Below are positions 36,399 to 37,225 of a stretch of DNA of 37,225 nucleotides, piece after piece (the first letter of the stretch is position 1; every line of letters begins with the position of its first letter). The notes below the pieces were generated by a model that saw nothing but the letters and a program-made list of their open reading frames with translations, was not told the DNA's origin and did not search any database. The position numbers were made by a program, and so were the translations under genes. This DNA comes from an uncultured archaeon (GTDB lineage Archaea; Iainarchaeota; Iainarchaeia; Iainarchaeales; DTGL01). The DNA lies in NCBI GenBank assembly GCA_964551725.1, contig CAZKED010000004.1, positions 1 through 37,225 of the forward strand. Reading direction: 5' to 3'.

Positions 36399-36839
36399 TC
36401 AGCCTGCAGGGCAGCTTGTTACCGAGTCTTTTATTGAGGAGCACTGCACTGACTGTATTTTGACCTTTGAAGGGGTTGACTGTGCGTTTCCGTCGATATA
36501 GTCGAAGCTTCCAGCGAGCACGTTCCTGTCGGTTTTTACCTGCGTGGCGTTTCCGTCGGTGTACTGCACGTTCACCCAGAAGGAATTAAGGTCCCTCTTG
36601 CCTGTGTTTTCAACCTTTATTCTGACTCTCTGGAGGCTTGCAGTGTAAGTGCAGGAGGTAATTTTTATTCCGCCCTCGCTGCAGGTTGCCAGTTCTGACG
36701 CTGTTGCCTGCGCAGTGCTCGTCTGTTCAGTGGTGTATTCTTGCATGAATCCCCATACTAGTGCGCCTATTCCCATTGCCACCAAGAGCAGCAGAATTGT
36801 TGCAATCAAAGGGCTCACTCCTTTGTTTCCGATTCTCAT
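36399..36839 (-). CDS. Archaeal type IV pilin (major-pilin type)
   Basis: MRIGNKG|VSPLIATILLLLVAM class III signal, V.NTG motif, four Cys, SD AGGTGA. Confidence 0.92.
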   Translation of the reverse strand: MRIGNKGVSPLIATILLLLVAMGIGALVWGFMQEYTTEQTSTAQATASELATCSEGGIKITSCTYTASLQRVRIKVENTGKRDLNSFWVNVQYTDGNATQVKTDRNVLAGSFDYIDGNAQSTPSKVKIQSVQCSSIKDSVTSCPAG

Positions 36840-36870
36840 TGTTCAATCACCTTTTTTAATAGGTTTTTAA

Positions 36871-36878
36871 TTTATAAA
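36871..36878 (-). promoter_or_regulatory. Putative TATA box for the pilin gene at 36839
   Basis: Minus strand reads AAGCAAAAAGTTTTTATAAA about 32 nt upstream of the ATG. Confidence 0.5.
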
Positions 36879-36889
36879 AACTTTTTGCT

Positions 36890-37225
36890 TTATTCTGGAC
36901 AGCTTGTTGTGGAGTCTTTTACTCCTGAGCACGAGACTGATTGCACCTTAACTTTTGTTGGCGCTGCTGTTGCTGTTCCGGCGATTACCCCGAAGGCTCC
37001 TGCCAGTAAGTCGTTTCCATCTCTTCTCTGGCTTGCATTTCCGTCCGCATACTGCACATTCACCCAAAAGTCGTTTATGTCCACCGATCCAGTATTTTCA
37101 AGCTTTATCGATACGTAGTCTGCATTAGCATCAGGATGGTAACTGCATGAGAGTATTTTGAATGATGACCTGCTGCAGTCTGCGAGTTCTTGCGAGGTTG
37201 TCGCTGCCGTGCTTGTTTGTTCTGT
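36890..37225 (-). CDS. Paralogous archaeal type IV pilin, 5'-truncated by window edge
   Basis: Frame is open to the window end: TEQTSTAATTSQELADCS...ENTGSVDINDFWVNVQYADGNAS...KVKVQSVSCSGVKDSTTSCPE, collinear with the 36399-36839 pilin. Confidence 0.9.
   Translation of the reverse strand, partial: TEQTSTAATTSQELADCSRSSFKILSCSYHPDANADYVSIKLENTGSVDINDFWVNVQYADGNASQRRDGNDLLAGAFGVIAGTATAAPTKVKVQSVSCSGVKDSTTSCPE

Noticed and set aside
26649-37225. Archaellum (motility) operon
   Set aside because: No ArlH or ArlF/G-like genes or archaellin-type subunits are visible. Split platform genes and short pilins fit an adhesive type IV pilus.

Overview
Gene-dense archaeal chromosomal window of DPANN type; Iainarchaeota/Diapherotrites is my guess, an inference from gene style only. 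The left third is mostly housekeeping: SRP54 interrupted at its P-loop by a large LAGLIDADG intein (gene starts before the window), an A24 prepilin peptidase, Rpp21, Tmk, three tRNAs (Gly-TCC, Gly-GCC, intron-containing Val-TAC), DnaG, DUF167, Hjc and Pth2. The right two thirds is a cell-surface locus. On the + strand, three giant secreted proteins form an operon: a fibre with about 55 YadA-like repeats, an FG-GAP/beta-helix protein and an Ig-repeat protein. These converge with zero gap on a minus-strand type IV pilus cluster (two platform proteins, ATPase, three minor pilins, an anchored Ig/Fn3 protein, two tandem major pilins). The strongest unexplained signal is a D-x-N tripeptide that is heavily enriched in exported proteins, nearly absent from cytoplasmic ones, and mostly lacks S/T at +2. 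It may be a non-canonical N-glycosylation or surface-modification code. A minor pilin gene also has no canonical start and sits in the -1 frame behind an A-AAA-AAG heptamer. All family calls are from motif recognition by eye and all counts are hand counts.
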